64,000 nt of DNA from Haplodiscus bocki (Eukaryota), in contig OZ296649.1 of assembly GCA_965655095.1 (NCBI GenBank), forward strand, positions 41,850,001 to 41,914,000. The letters are read 5' to 3'. The position numbers were made by a program, and so were the translations under genes. A model generated the notes under the pieces. That model did no database searches, was not told the origin of the DNA, and saw nothing but the letters and a program-made list of their open reading frames with translations. Below, piece by piece: positions 38,655 through 51,099 of the stretch. Numbering within the stretch: position 1 is the stretch's first letter; every line of letters starts with the position of its first letter.

Positions 38655-39440
38655 GTCTTTGAATACTTTCGAAGAGACGATGAGGAATTTCGGCTAAGAC
38701 AAGTTTTAAAATTGTCTTAGAATATTTCGAGGAGGTGATGAAGAAATTTGACTAAGAGAAGTTTTAAAATTGTCTTAGAATAATTCAAAGCAGCGATGAG
38801 GTAATTTGGCAGAGACATGTTTTAAAATTGTCTTAGAATAATTCGAAGCAGCGATGAGGAAATTTGGCAAAGACAAGTTATAAAATTGTCTTAGAATAAT
38901 TCGAAGCAGCGATGGGGAAATTTGGCAAAGATAAGTTTTAAAATTGTCTTAGAAGAATTCGAAGCAGCGATGAGGAAATTTGGCAAAGACAAGTTTTAAA
39001 ATTGTCTTAGCATATTTTCGTTGAGAGGCAACTGGAATCTGGTAAAGACATTACTGAAAATTGTCTTAGAATATTTTCAAGGAGAGGCAATTGGAATTTG
39101 GTAAAGACATTACTGAAAAATGTCTTAGAATATTTTAGAGGAGAGGCAATTGGAATTTGGTAAAGACATTACATAAAAATGTCTTAGAATATTTTCGATG
39201 AGAGGCGATTGGAATTTGGTAAAGACATTATTTAAAAATGTCTTAGAATATTTTCGTTGAGAGGTAATTGGAATTTAGCAAAACAAGATTTAGACTTGTC
39301 TTAGAATATTTTCAGTGCGAAGCAATTGGAATTTGGCAAAGACAAGATTTAGACTTGTCTTAGAATATTTTCAGTGCGAAGCAATTGGAATTTGGCAAAG
39401 ACAAGATTTAGACTTGTCCTAGAAAATTTTCAGAGCGAGA
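38655..39440. repeat. Tandem array of ~13 x 58/59-bp stem-loop units in the 5' LTR
   Basis: Same units as 33777-34680 with two fewer copies. Confidence 0.93.
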
Positions 39441-39524
39441 ATTAAGCTCTAGAAAATATGATGAGAGGAAAGTGGGAGAGAGTTTCGCCTCCGGGAATTA
39501 GGCCAGTTGACGGTAGGAAAGGGA

Positions 39525-39590
39525 ATGAATAAAGTGAGAGAGTACGGGGTATTTATACCCTGTTATATAGCAATCGAGTAAATGACCAAT
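39525..39590 (-). promoter_or_regulatory. Putative LTR promoter (CCAAT box, TATA boxes, pyrimidine-rich initiator)
   Basis: Minus strand: ATTGG (39590-39586), TATATAA (39569-39563), TATAAATA (39557-39550), then CTCACTTTATTCATTC about 20-35 nt downstream. Confidence 0.55.
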
Positions 39591-40949
39591 AGGAAAGCGC
39601 CGCAAATATCAATGTCAACGAAGGTTATCTAGTCGGTAGCAATAGTTGAATTTTGGAAAAGGGACGGTTTCTGCATATTTAACCCATAACTCGGAATTTA
39701 GAATAAATTCTAAAGACCATGGAATTAGACGAGGTGAGAATGATCTATGAGTAATGTCAATTCTCTTTGCCTAAGAACCTCGTGGGGGGTCGTGCATATT
39801 TAAGATCCACTCAAGCTTCAGAACCTAAGTTCATCCACGGAACCCGCACACGCCAATGCCGAAGCTAGCGTCAGTGGACACCGTTTATACTCCGATGGCA
39901 AGAGTATAGAATTTGTAGAGGGAAAGAGGAATTTTTTCTAAGTTAGAATGAAAATGGGACTTGGAATATTTTTGTCCGAAGAGAAGCAGGAAGAGAATTT
40001 AGAATAATTTTAACCGAGCAAGAATGGAAAGAAAATAACGTTAAAAGGAAAGGGAGTAAAGTAAAAGGGAAGAGGAGAGTAATGTAAAGTAAAAGGGAAA
40101 GAAGTAAAGCTGCCGTCCGGTAAGCGAGTAAGTCAGTAATATTCAAGCCGCTTTCCTCTACCAGCTACAAAATGTAGCTAACGCGCGCGTGTCTTTATTT
40201 TGTGCGTTGGACCACATTTCAACGCGTTTAGAAATTTTCCTTTTCTTTCCTTTTACATTTGTTTAAGCGTTAGCTATAACGCGACACTAGGGATAATACT
40301 TTTAGGAGAAAATTTGCGCTTTTTACCGGGTAAGAACAAAAATAGCAGGCCCTGTTAATCAACAGAATTTCTAGCTAACTTGAGAGTAGTCATCGTTGCA
40401 ATCGGACCAATAGTTTTTGAGCTTCATTTCATTTAAAAAAACATCCATTTTTCCTGAAATACAAGTCAAAAGTCAACATAAAGTATGAAAAGAGAAGTCC
40501 CTATAATGCAACTACCGAGTAGCTGAATTAGCTCCGGATGGCTTTATTTCGATTAAAATTTGATGAGAAAATCATTGCTCAAAAATCTTTGGGAATAAAA
40601 TTTCGACATCCTTTTCATGAGCCCCATCGTTTATTCATCGAATTTTTTCCCCAAACTAGTTTTCTTCACTTCGCACGGGCTTGCGCTTCTAGTGCGTTTC
40701 AGAAATTGCACTTTCTGTATATACAGACAAAAAGTTTTGCACACAATAATGAAAAAGCCACACTGGCTTAAAGAGAGTGGGGAATTAATATCGACAGAAA
40801 TTTTGGAAAGTTGTAAAACTTTGAGAAATTGCTCCAAAAACTGGAATTCGCCAAAAATTATGAACTCATTTTCAAGTTGTTTTTTTAACCACTTTGATGA
40901 AGTTACAATAATTAATTTTGAGATTTGACAAAAATATCACTTTCAAACA

Positions 40950-41880
40950 GGTGCAACATAAAAACCAACGCACTGAAAAGATGCATTATTCGAAGGAAAC
41001 TCAGAGTGTAGATCCTTTTCTTTTTATTTGAATGTTCAAAACGTTTGAAATGCTCGCCGAAGTACGTTCACTTGTTACTGATGCACGTTTGAACGCTATT
41101 GCGAGGTTTTTTTTACCGCAGATGGGAGAAGTGATAACGTGGGAAGAGTGATAATGTTGGAGGAGTGATAACGTGGGAGGAGGAGAGTTAGAACCAAAAA
41201 AAGTGATGACGGCGCAAATTTCGTAGATACGAACAATGAACTATAGCATTTCGCCTCAATGCAGTATAGCACCGAGTTCCAGGAAAACTTCACAAGAAGA
41301 GAAAAAAATGGAAATTTGAACCCGCAGCAGTTCCTCATTTTGGTGGTTCTTGGGAGCGCACAATGAGAGCTTATATGCATGCCAATATTCAACTTTTTTG
41401 CTGAGGGATTAGCTATAGTTTTGTGACTTACATGACAAATATGGAACTCCCGTCTCTTCGTGCCTATTTGAGGTGATCCAATGGATTTGGAAGTCCTACC
41501 GACGAACAATTTTTTGCTGAGCTGGGCGAGTATTGAGGAGCCTTACTTGTCGGAACCGGATAAGCACTACACTTATTTAAATTTTCTCAGAGAGGCTCAA
41601 GCACATATGGACAATTTTGGGCACGATGACTATCTGGGCTACCTACCATTACACAATATTCACCAAAATTGGTTCAAAAACGGCCACAACTCAAGAAGCA
41701 ATCTAGTGTGGATAATCGAGTAAAAACATGAATTTTACCGCCCTGGTAGGTTCCAGGAACGTCATTTGGGCCATGATGGTATTGTTAGCTCCTGTGACGT
41801 CATGACTCAATCGGGAACGCTCTCAAAGCCTTCTGTAGAATTGTGGACTGTGTCAGACGAAAACTTGTGTTGTTACCCCT
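40950..41880 (+). pseudogene. BEL/Pao LTR-retrotransposon integrase and C-terminal (DUF5641-type) relic
   Basis: LNAIARF, SDDGANFV, WKFEPAAVPHFGGSWER, PMDLEVLPTNNFLL, QFWAR*L, GRFQERHLGHDGIVSSCDVMTQSGTLSKPSVEL; followed by PPT-like AGAGGGCCGGCAA-TG at ~41891-41905. Confidence 0.8.
41123..41195. repeat. Short ~16-bp tandem mini-insertion (GAGTGATAACGTGGGA) interrupting the BEL integrase
   Basis: Three visible units placed between the RFxxRR and SDxG motifs of the integrase relic. Confidence 0.55.
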
Positions 41881-42089
41881 CAGGATAAACAGAGGGCCGG
41901 CAATGAAAGGCTTCACGTATTTAGAGGAAACGCCGTTAACCAGTCTACATCGAAACTCTATAAAACTATACTAAAAACTGATTCAAACTTTCGGACCTCT
42001 GTGACTCTCATATTTTGGAAAAAAGTAACGGTCTAGCAAAAAATCTTTTTCTGTGGTAAAATTGGCCTTCACGCCAAAATCATTGACTT

Positions 42090-42908
42090 TATTTGTATTT
42101 TTCGCCGCATATGTAATATGCAAGAAAAATTATTCATTCAGTAGGGTCGTTTTTCTTTTTTTTTCAGAGCAGAATTGCCAACTTTTTAAATTCAAAAATA
42201 AATGACAGCGGTAGGCTTAGGACAGCAAGGTTCTCAAGCTGTAGGTTTGGGGTTCGAGTCACTGCCCTGCCAAAATTTTTTTACGATTTATCCCTTACAT
42301 TTTTCGATACCCGAAATTAGTGATACAGTCAGGGGTTACCCTACGAAATTTTTCGGCGCTACGAGACAAAAAAATTCGACGGAAAATCGTCAGCCCCCCC
42401 CCCTCTTATCTCTAACTTTTTTCGATACCCGAAATTAGTGACACACTGAAGGGTTCCCTTACGAAATTTTTCGGCACTGTGAGACAACAAATTTTCTATA
42501 GAAAATCGTGATATTCCCCTCATAGGCATAAAATTTTTCGATACCCGAAATTAATGAAACACTGAAGGGTTCCCCTACGAAAATTTTCGGTACTGTGAGA
42601 CAAAAAGTTTCCGACGGAAAATATTGATACCCCCCTCTCTTATCCATAACATTTTTCGATAACGGAAATTTTCTGAAACACAGAAGGGTTCCTCGACGAA
42701 ATTTTACGACACTGTGAGACGAAAATTTTGCAAGGGAAAATCGTGATACCTTTTTGCATAAATTACAGAAATCAGTGGTCGAATTGATTTGTCAAACTCT
42801 TCGAAAACTAATATCAAAACAGTAGTTTTGTTTTTAATCGTTTGCAAAAATTGATCAAAATATTGGTAGTTGGGCGAAAAATATGCCGGTGCTAGCCGGC
42901 CGTCTTGT
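42090..42908 (+). mobile_element. Helitron-like non-autonomous composite repeat (tRNA-like segment, ~120-bp internal repeats, 3' hairpin plus CTTG|T)
   Basis: 3' end GCCGGTGCTAGCCGGC-CGT-CTTG|T; internal repeats TTTTCGATACCCGAAATTA...GGGTTCCCCTACGAAA; no TIR or TSD seen. Confidence 0.55.
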
Positions 42909-43081
42909 CTTTATATTCATTCAATTTTTATCTCTGTATTTGACTGTCGCGCGGTTTCTGTGAATATTTGTTTGCATGCACAAGCGACATTAGACCATCT
43001 AAATTGGATGAACGATTTTCATTGGATAATGAAAATGATAATCATATCTTGTTGTAATCTTTTGGTAGAGACCTAATAACT

Positions 43082-44223
43082 GGGGGCAGGACAAAAGAGC
43101 CGATTTTAAAGGAGACAAAATCGCCGATTTTGGAAACGGGACAAAACCGCCAATTCCGAAAATGAGACAAAACCGCCGATTCCGAAAATGAGACAAAACC
43201 GCCGATTTCGAAAATGAGACAAAACCGCCGATTTTCTAAAAGAGAACAAATTGCTATGAAAATTGTTTCACTGATAAAAGTGTCTTGGCCTTATTATCAA
43301 TAATTAGCAATTATGTAACCAATTACTATTAGAAAATGAGATACCACGAACTTGAACTTAATGCACTTTCCTTCACTTTTTGCGACTAATACATAATAAA
43401 TTTTCGAGAATGCCAACCAACACCAAAGATTTTATCGAAACCCTCGCTTCCATTTAACATAAATTTGTGGTACCCACTCCCTATCTTTTGTGTACCGAAC
43501 TCCTCTGAATAATTAAAATTTGGATCTTTTCTGTTAATTCCCCCCCCCCCCCACTGATTTAACCCCCCCCACACACACACACACACACACACCATAATGG
43601 ATATGCGAAATAATAATCGGCGTAATGTTTTAACTCGAGTGAAGTTTAGCCAATCAGAGACGAGTTCGCTTTTGCGTGGGGGGGGGGGGGGGGGGAATTA
43701 ACAGAAAAGGTCCTAAAATTGCTCCTGAAAAAACTCAAACACCATTGCCAAAAAATTCAGAAATGATCTCTTCGGATATTTTCGGTTCATGCAATTGAGT
43801 ATAAAGAAAAATCAGAAAATTATATGGCGCGAAAATTAAAATTGGTTGTTTTTGGTAGTAGTTTTTTAGTTTCATTGGCATTTCATTAGATGACAGAAAA
43901 TTTAGTTTTGCAGATATATTGGGCTTAGTTGTTTTGGGTTTGGTATTTTGGAGTATAACCATTTCTTTAGTATAGTAGTATTTTAATTGCTAATTATCCG
44001 TAATTAGGCCAAGACGCTTTTATCTTGAACAACTTTTATCTTAGCAAAGACTAGCGATCTGTATTATTATGAATCGGCGATTTTGTCCCACTTTAAAATC
44101 GGCGGTTTTGTCTCATTATCAAAATCGGCGGTTTTGTCTCATTATCAAAATCGGCGATTTTGTCCCGTTTTCAAAATCGGCTGTTTTGTCCCACTCTAAA
44201 ATCGGCGGTTTTGTCTTGCATCC
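43082..44223. mobile_element. MULE/Foldback-type MITE with 22-bp subterminal tandem repeats
   Basis: Perfect 9-bp TSD CTAATAACT (43073-43081, 44224-44232); inverted ends built from GAGACAAAACCGCCGATT repeats. Confidence 0.85.
43522..43713. mobile_element. Small MITE (Merlin-like) nested in the MULE MITE
   Basis: TIRs GGATCTTTTCTGTTAATTCCCCC / GGGGGAATTAACAGAAAAGGTCC; flanks TAAAATTT / TAAAATTG (7/8 TSD); GG termini. Confidence 0.7.
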
Positions 44224-46687
44224 CTAATAACTACGTATTTCATATTTTTCATATATTTTTTGTGAATATCTGATTTTTTGTAGCCACATTAGAGCGGCAA
44301 ATTGACTTCTTCAACGCAAGTTGAGGGGTTTTTTTAAAAGATAGTATGCAATTTTTGAATTGCAGATAAATTTTTTGGGGACTTTACAAAGTTTTCTCAA
44401 ACTAATTCAGATTGCATTACCGACGGCATGAACGATAATTGCAACTAGCCAACTAGCTTCGGTTTTTACAAGTTGCTCATATTCCTAAGTACAATATAAA
44501 AAGAGACTTCGAGTTTATTGCGGGCAAATTGAAGGATATAAATCCGAATTAACCGTTCGGAATCCTCGAAGGAGTTTTTGGAAGTATCTTCGGTCTTTCT
44601 TTTGCGAGAATTTTCTTTCAAGCGTTTAATTTTTCGATAAAAGTAACTTTTTTTTTCTGAAACGTTGAAATTCTCAGGTATCTTGAAATTAAAATTTAGG
44701 TCAAGTGCGTTGTTTTCAAACTAACTTACTATTTAACTCTTTTGTCAGTTTTTACGTTTCTATTGACGAATGATCTGGTGTCCAAGCTTAGCCAATGGAA
44801 AAGCAGATATTTTCTCGTCAAAGGGCGTTTCAAGAGTTGCTAGCTAATTTATCAAAAACAAATTTGAAAAAAAAATTAGCAAGTTTCTATAGAAGACAAA
44901 TAACCGAACAGATATCTTTTTTCAATTTTATGAATGAAAAAGAAACAACTTGAGAAAGCTGTTTTTAAGCAAGCATTTCTGCGCTTAGGTCTAAATTGTA
45001 TCGAGGGTATAATCAGAATTGATGTCAAGTCGAGAAAATCCCAAAGTCTGCGCTGCCCATCTCAGAGGCGTGAAAATTTGGGTAAACAATAATGGGATAT
45101 CACGATTTTTTGTCAAAACATTTCTGTCTCACACTGCCGAACAGTTTCGCAGGGGAAACTTTGATGTTTCTGAGAACTTCTATGTTTTCATTCTTTTTTC
45201 ATTTTTATACTAGTGCAACATTATATTTTACACAAGAAATTCACAATTTCAAAGAAGCAGAGTCGACATAGTAGAAAAAGAGAGTGGGCAATTCGTTGTG
45301 ATTTTATGGAAAATTTTACAGAAAACAAAGTGACTATAAGACGGGGTCATGTCCGCGGAAGCGCCTTTTAAAAGCTGAAAGCGTGCAGATAGATTCCTAT
45401 TGACTCATGTGAACATATCTTGGCTCCGTCAGTGTGAAATTTAATGTTATTTGACTGACCGGTTATTTTTGCACTTTATCCAGATTTTGATTGGGGAGTC
45501 GTTATATCTAAAGCGTGCAACCAAATGAAGCAAAGCGAACCGCTTATTCGCAAAAGATTAAAATTTTATTTACTCGCTTTGAAAAATGAAAAAATGATTT
45601 GTATTTTTCAACAATTACAAGCTTGCCTGGATTTTGTTCATCGTTTCGGCCTCCTGTTAAATAGCAGGCGGAATTGCTTAGATCAAATTATATAATTATT
45701 TGATACTGCTAGAAGAATTGCATATCTGCAGAAAAATGTTTCATTGTTTTGCGAACAGTCTTTGTGATTTTTCGGTTACTGGATAAAAAATGGAATACCG
45801 AAATGAAAAAATTTATGTTCGGCCTGTCATTTTTGATTAATTGCTCTGAAATTCAATTCAAATTGCAGTTTGAAAACTTGAACAAAAACCGAGCGGACTT
45901 TTATTGTTAAATTGCTAATAATTTTTGCGCTCATAAATTTGGTGGCCTTCTTAATGTTGGCAGTTTTTTTTTTCAACTTTAATCTTTAATCACGTCTTTA
46001 GAACCGGATTTCTTACAGCCATCCTTCTAGAGTCTGCCAAGTATTGGTGTCAAAATTGAATAATCCAATTGACAGTCATCTGTTTGTTTATCAACAACTT
46101 CTTGCCAAAAATCATCTCAGCTTTTCCATTCTGTTTTTTTTATTCTTTCCCCAATTGCGGCTATAGTGCCATACCCTAGCTGTTTTTAGGGAAATCAAGT
46201 CATTCATCCCTCTCAATTCTCTCCCACATTTATTGGCTTTTGAAATCCTTTCGTTTTTGTTCACCTTTAGAATACCTTTCTCAGCTCTTCTCTAAGCCGC
46301 TATTTGCTCTGAGACTTCTTCCTTCTATTCATTTTTAAATTTCTATATAACTGCAAGCTTGTGGTTTTAACTTGAATTTAAAATTAGGTCGAAATAATAG
46401 AAGCTGTGATGGAACTAAAGTCAGAAATACTAAGATTGAAAAGCGTCCTTTCAAAGACGGCACATTCATGAATCTTTCAAGTTTAAAAAATTCCAATGCC
46501 TGAAAAAGAAAAAAAATTCAACGAAAAAGTGTTTGGGTAGATTAAAACGCTGTGAATTATGTCATAAATAATTAAATTTGTGAACACTAATAAAAATTTT
46601 GACTTCGACCAAACGAGATAGAGAACTCTCAGTATGGCTCAATAGAAATCCGTAACATTTTTTTTACAAAAATATCATGAAAAAACA

Positions 46688-46693
46688 TTTATT
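46688..46693 (-). terminator. Candidate Vax polyadenylation signal AATAAA
   Basis: First AATAAA on the minus strand, about 110 nt after the stop codon. Confidence 0.4.
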
Positions 46694-46803
46694 ACGTTAT
46701 AATTAGTCATCTATACAGTTTATCGATGCAATTTCAAAACTTTATAAGTTGAAATTCTGTTTAATTGGATCCTTTCAGCAAATTTGTATATATTTCTTAA
46801 ATA

Positions 46804-47199
46804 TCAGTTAGCTCCGCCCATCCAATAGAAAGACGATGGCAAAATTGCAGAGGGTAGACTTCCGATGGGGGGTTTGGCAAACTGGACTGGATTCGCATGT
46901 AATGAGGGTGGGGCGTATGACGAAATGAATGAAGGGGCGTTTGTGTTTGTGGTTGTTACTGCACCGTTGTTTGTAAACACTGAATGGGCCATAGACCTGA
47001 CATTTGGAGGCAGGGGTTTCTGGATGGGGGATGTGAAAATTCGAGGTCCAGCTGCTGTGTAGTACTGGCCAGTGGACTGTTCCAGAATTTTGAACATATT
47101 GCAGTTTGGGATTGCGTCCAAGTCATTTCGTTTCGTTTCATGTTCTCTTTGTTTTTCTCTTTTGTACTTAGTCCTTCGATTTTGGAACCAAACTTTTAC
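46804..47199 (-). CDS. Vax: Vax homeobox protein, exon 3 (helix 3 and C-terminus)
   Basis: Acceptor tttttgttctag|GTA; VKVWFQNRRTKYKRE...CNMFKILEQ (similar to the vertebrate Vax CSVLRLLEQ motif)...YWMGGAN*; phase 0; 396 nt. Confidence 0.93.
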   Translation of the reverse strand, partial: VKVWFQNRRTKYKREKQREHETKRNDLDAIPNCNMFKILEQSTGQYYTAAGPRIFTSPIQKPLPPNVRSMAHSVFTNNGAVTTTNTNAPSFISSYAPPSLHANPVQFAKPPIGSLPSAILPSSFYWMGGAN

Positions 47200-47459
47200 C
47201 TAGAACAAAAAATAACTATATGATTTTTTGCCTTGATCATCCCTGGACGCCGTGCAAATCGGTGTATACCACATTCCAAAACGCAGATTGATTTGTACGT
47301 TGAAACTTCCCCAACAATATTTTAATCACCAAATCAGTTTCTAATTTGCTGTGAAGTTGATTTCAAATTTGTTGGTTATAGTAAAATATATGATTTCAAT
47401 TCCCAGAAAACTATAGGACTCATTAGGGGAATGATCGATATTATAAAAAGCAATCTTTG

Positions 47460-48039
47460 CAACTTGACAAATTGCATCACGTGTCTTCTGCTAGTTTCCC
47501 TCTAAGAAAGGTCATTTTTGACGTATCTGGAATTGGAAAAACCACGTTTTTTGATGAACTTTTTATTTTCGGCCCATATTTAAAATATGGAAGGAAAATC
47601 TTTTTCTCGCGGCGTGCGTTTTTTTATGTTTACTTGCCAATTGCACGATTATAGCAAAGTGCACCATTTCCAATGTTGAATTTTTAGCAGTAAATTACAG
47701 CAGATGTGCTCTAGAATACGTTTCACATAGTATTATTTGTTCAAAGGGCCTTTTTTAGACCAAAATATAGGGTTTTTTTCGGAAAAAATGGAATTTTTAC
47801 CAAAAATTTTCAAATGACGAAAAATATGAATTTTGTTGTAGAATGCGTATAAAAAGATAATATTTCTCAATAATGCCTTTTCCGACCGAAATATAGGTAT
47901 TTTTTTTGAAAAGTCGAAATTTTCTTCAACTCAGAAAAAAACTGCAATTTTGCAGTAGAATGACTTTTTTTTCATCTAAAACCTATTTTAAACAAAGTTA
48001 GAGGGCGGAAAATATCCCGGTTGTAGCCGGGCGTCTTGT
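47460..48039 (+). mobile_element. Helitron-like repeat fragment in Vax intron 2
   Basis: Ends CCCGGTTGTAGCCGGG-CGT-CTTG|T, the same 3' architecture as 42885-42908; 5' limit approximate. Confidence 0.45.
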
Positions 48040-50911
48040 TCGAAATATTCGCCCAATCAGTTTCTAACTTGCTATGAATTTGATCTCAAATTTGTTAGTT
48101 ATGATAAAATAGATGATTTAAATTCTTGGAAAACTATATGATTCAATGGCGGAATGATCGATATTATAAGGAAAAACCCTTGTAAAAAGTCATTTTATGC
48201 GGAAAACTAAAATTATGCTGCTACAATTTGTCGGATGAACAACTAACTTTGTTCCCTAACTTTCAGATGTGGTGTTCAGACAAAAAAAGTTTGTTATCTT
48301 GAAATATCAATTTTCTGGGAACTAAAATAATTTTCTTGATATTTTTTCAGTTGCAGAATTGCTCCATCTTTTCTAACATCTTATGAAAGTTTATTTTGAT
48401 AATTAGATAAAATCCATCATGACGCTAATGTAGATCATTTGTTTTCAAGTATTACTTTAAAAGCCATGTTTGCAAACATTTTCTATTGAATTCGTTTTCA
48501 AAACAGGGCTGTCCTTTCCAAACTTTGTATCATCCAACTTCCGGGCCATTATGCAACGAATTGAAAGGCTAAGGCTTCTGTTTGCAACTAGAGACAAACA
48601 CTTTTTGAAAAAAATACAAAAGAATTTTCGAGCCGGCTTCACCTATTTTTTCAGCAAAAAATCTGTTACATTGATTATGAAAGAACAAAAAAAATCATTT
48701 ATGTAATGAAGGAAGAACTTATAAAAATTCATGCATTTCCCAGATGTGGTCAAAATAATATTTGTAAATATTGTCTTTTTATAAATAAAATTACAGATAA
48801 TTGTATTTGTGTAATGCGTGCTAAAGTTATTATACAAAATTTTGTTTTCTACAACCTCTGCTCTTTTTCATCTGCCTCCATGCAGTCCCTGTATTTAAGA
48901 AGCGCTGTCCGAAGAAAAGTTGTCACTACAAGTTCAATACTGGGTAATTTTGCACGTCAGAAAATATGATTGACAGCCGAAAATGTGACAAAGATTTGAA
49001 AAGGCAATCAAAAAAAGTTATTTTATTGGAAATTATTGCACTTCCTACGTGCCGGAAGTCTGAAAATTTGGATTAACACAGAATAAGCACCGGGCTATTT
49101 TTTATAAACAATAATTCCTTTCCAGCATCTCTACGGGAGATCTATTTATCTGTAAATATAACAGTCTTCAATTGTTTCAAAAACCACTACTCGCAGCGTC
49201 CAAAATAACTAAAAAAAGACTTAGATTCCATCATGTTTTGTTTTTGCAAATTTTCCTCTACTTTTGATGCGTGAAATTGGCAAAATCGTTTTATGACAGT
49301 GTTCTCACCCTCAAAAAGTGATAATTAACATTTACCCTTTAAAAGACCTCCAAATTGTTAATTTATTCAACGCAGCGTGAATTCACTTTCTGTTCATACA
49401 TTTCTAATATGAAAGTTTTTTGCACAAATTTTCAACACTGTTTCCATATAGCGCTTAAAACTGTTTTTTTAAAATCCAGATTTTTCTACGTCTGACACGG
49501 CGTTGAAATGATTTCACGACTTAAAATTTAGAGGTCTAGCTTTTTAGGCTTAACAATTTCGGGCAGAACCTGAAGTGGAGCCTCAAAAACTGTTTCATCG
49601 GCGTGAAACAAAAATTTTTTTTTAAAAAAAAGATTCCAAATGACAGCGAAACTTGATTTAGTTTCGCTAATGAGAAATCCCACTTTTTTAACATGTCATG
49701 AATATTTAAAAATTACAATTACGACGGAATTTTGAAAGTTTTATAATTTCGGAGAAATTGTCTCCTTGATTTTGTTTGAGCGCCGATGTTAGGAATATAT
49801 AATTCAAAAATTGGGATGGCTGGCGGAGAATAAACATCTCGCTTTAAGACATTCTTTGTGATGTTTACAAGAAAACAGCGAATTATACTGAAATTAAGTT
49901 TTCATGGTTCTTATCATCTGATAAACATCTGTTGGAGTTATTGACATTAATTAGTATTCAAATTGGCTAAGTTAAACAACTCTAATACGCAAACTGTCCC
50001 GTCCCCCATTTATAGACGTCAAATTTACGGAGAATGTGAAAACAGAAAGAAAGATAATTGTCTTTTTAAAGAGTAATGAAGTTTGCCTTGAATGAGTGGT
50101 TAACATATTCTAAGTTTTGGGAGATTCTTACAGCCATCATTCGAGTAGCACTCCATGAAATGTGTTCCATTAAATTGCTGTTTTCCACTTTTTTATTGAT
50201 GAAAACTCAAATGAAAAACCTAATGCTTACAAACATCAAAGAGGCAGCGCAATTTTCGATATCGAGTGCGTGCTACAGAAAATGAGTAGCGATATATTTT
50301 GAAAAGTAGCACAGCCGTAAGTTCAGCCACCCATAGCTACGATGTATCCTTGGCGTTGAGGAAAAAGTAATTAATGTAATCAGAAATGTTTGGAAACCTT
50401 ATATGATACTTTTTACGAGACAAAAGTGCCATTATTGTGCCTAAAATTTTCAGGGCTAAAAGAAAGTTATCTTTCTTGATGGTGGATTTTTATCAATTCT
50501 TGGCGTGATTTTTGGAAATCTCAAACACAAGCCGGATGATTTTTTTGCAGAAGAATTATAAACTATACAAATGGTCCCAACTTTTTCTATAAAACTATCA
50601 AAACTGATTATCATTTTTTTTCGATTAAAAATTGAAAAATGGAAGAAAAACAATCCAGTCCAGATCCGCATTCTAGATATCATAGAAGTATTTCTCAAGG
50701 AAATTTCTAACAAAAATTTCCTGGAAAGATTCTTGATCAAAAGAGAATTTTCACCAATATAAAAAGCGATTCTTCAGGGTAGAAAATGTCAAGGAAGGGC
50801 GAAGAAGTTCGTTACCATGCAAATTAGGGCTCAATTAGAAAAAAAATTGAATTAAGGTTTCTGATTTTTGATGTTGTTGTTAAATTGTAACAACTTATCA
50901 GTTCAACCAAC

Positions 50912-51099
50912 TTGAGTTTCAGTAAGACCCAAACAATTAGCGAGTTCACCCCGATCTCTCCCAACCATGTACTGATTCTGTCTGAACTCTTTCTCCAGCC
51001 TGAACAACTGTTCCGGTGTGAACGAAGTCCTCTCCCTTTTGGGTCGATCTAGGTCCAGTCCTCTGGGAAAAATCAGCTCCTTGATTTGGCCGTTGGTGT
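50912..51099 (-). CDS. Vax: Vax homeobox protein, exon 2
   Basis: ttatttctcag|AC ... CAA|gttggt; encodes [63 protein letters not shown]. The [11 protein letters not shown] signature is Vax-specific; intron after homeodomain Q44. Confidence 0.95.

Larger units (their letters stand above)
33357..40286 (-). mobile_element. Young non-autonomous gag-only LTR retrotransposon (Ty3/Gypsy-like)
   Basis: Two near-identical LTRs with TGTCGC...GCGACA ends, 4-bp TSD CTAG (33353-33356 and 40287-40290), PBS beside the right LTR, 2.7-kb interior coding only Gag. Confidence 0.93.
38235..40286 (-). repeat. 5' LTR (2052 bp)
   Basis: Direct repeat of 33357-35524, lacking two array units and carrying a 2-bp insertion. 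Confidence 0.95.

Noticed and set aside
42205-42272. tRNA gene (also ~31625-31692 and the B-box-like GGTTCGAATCC at ~55965)
   Set aside because: No intact cloverleaf or acceptor stem; embedded in dispersed repeats, so treated as tRNA-derived relics.
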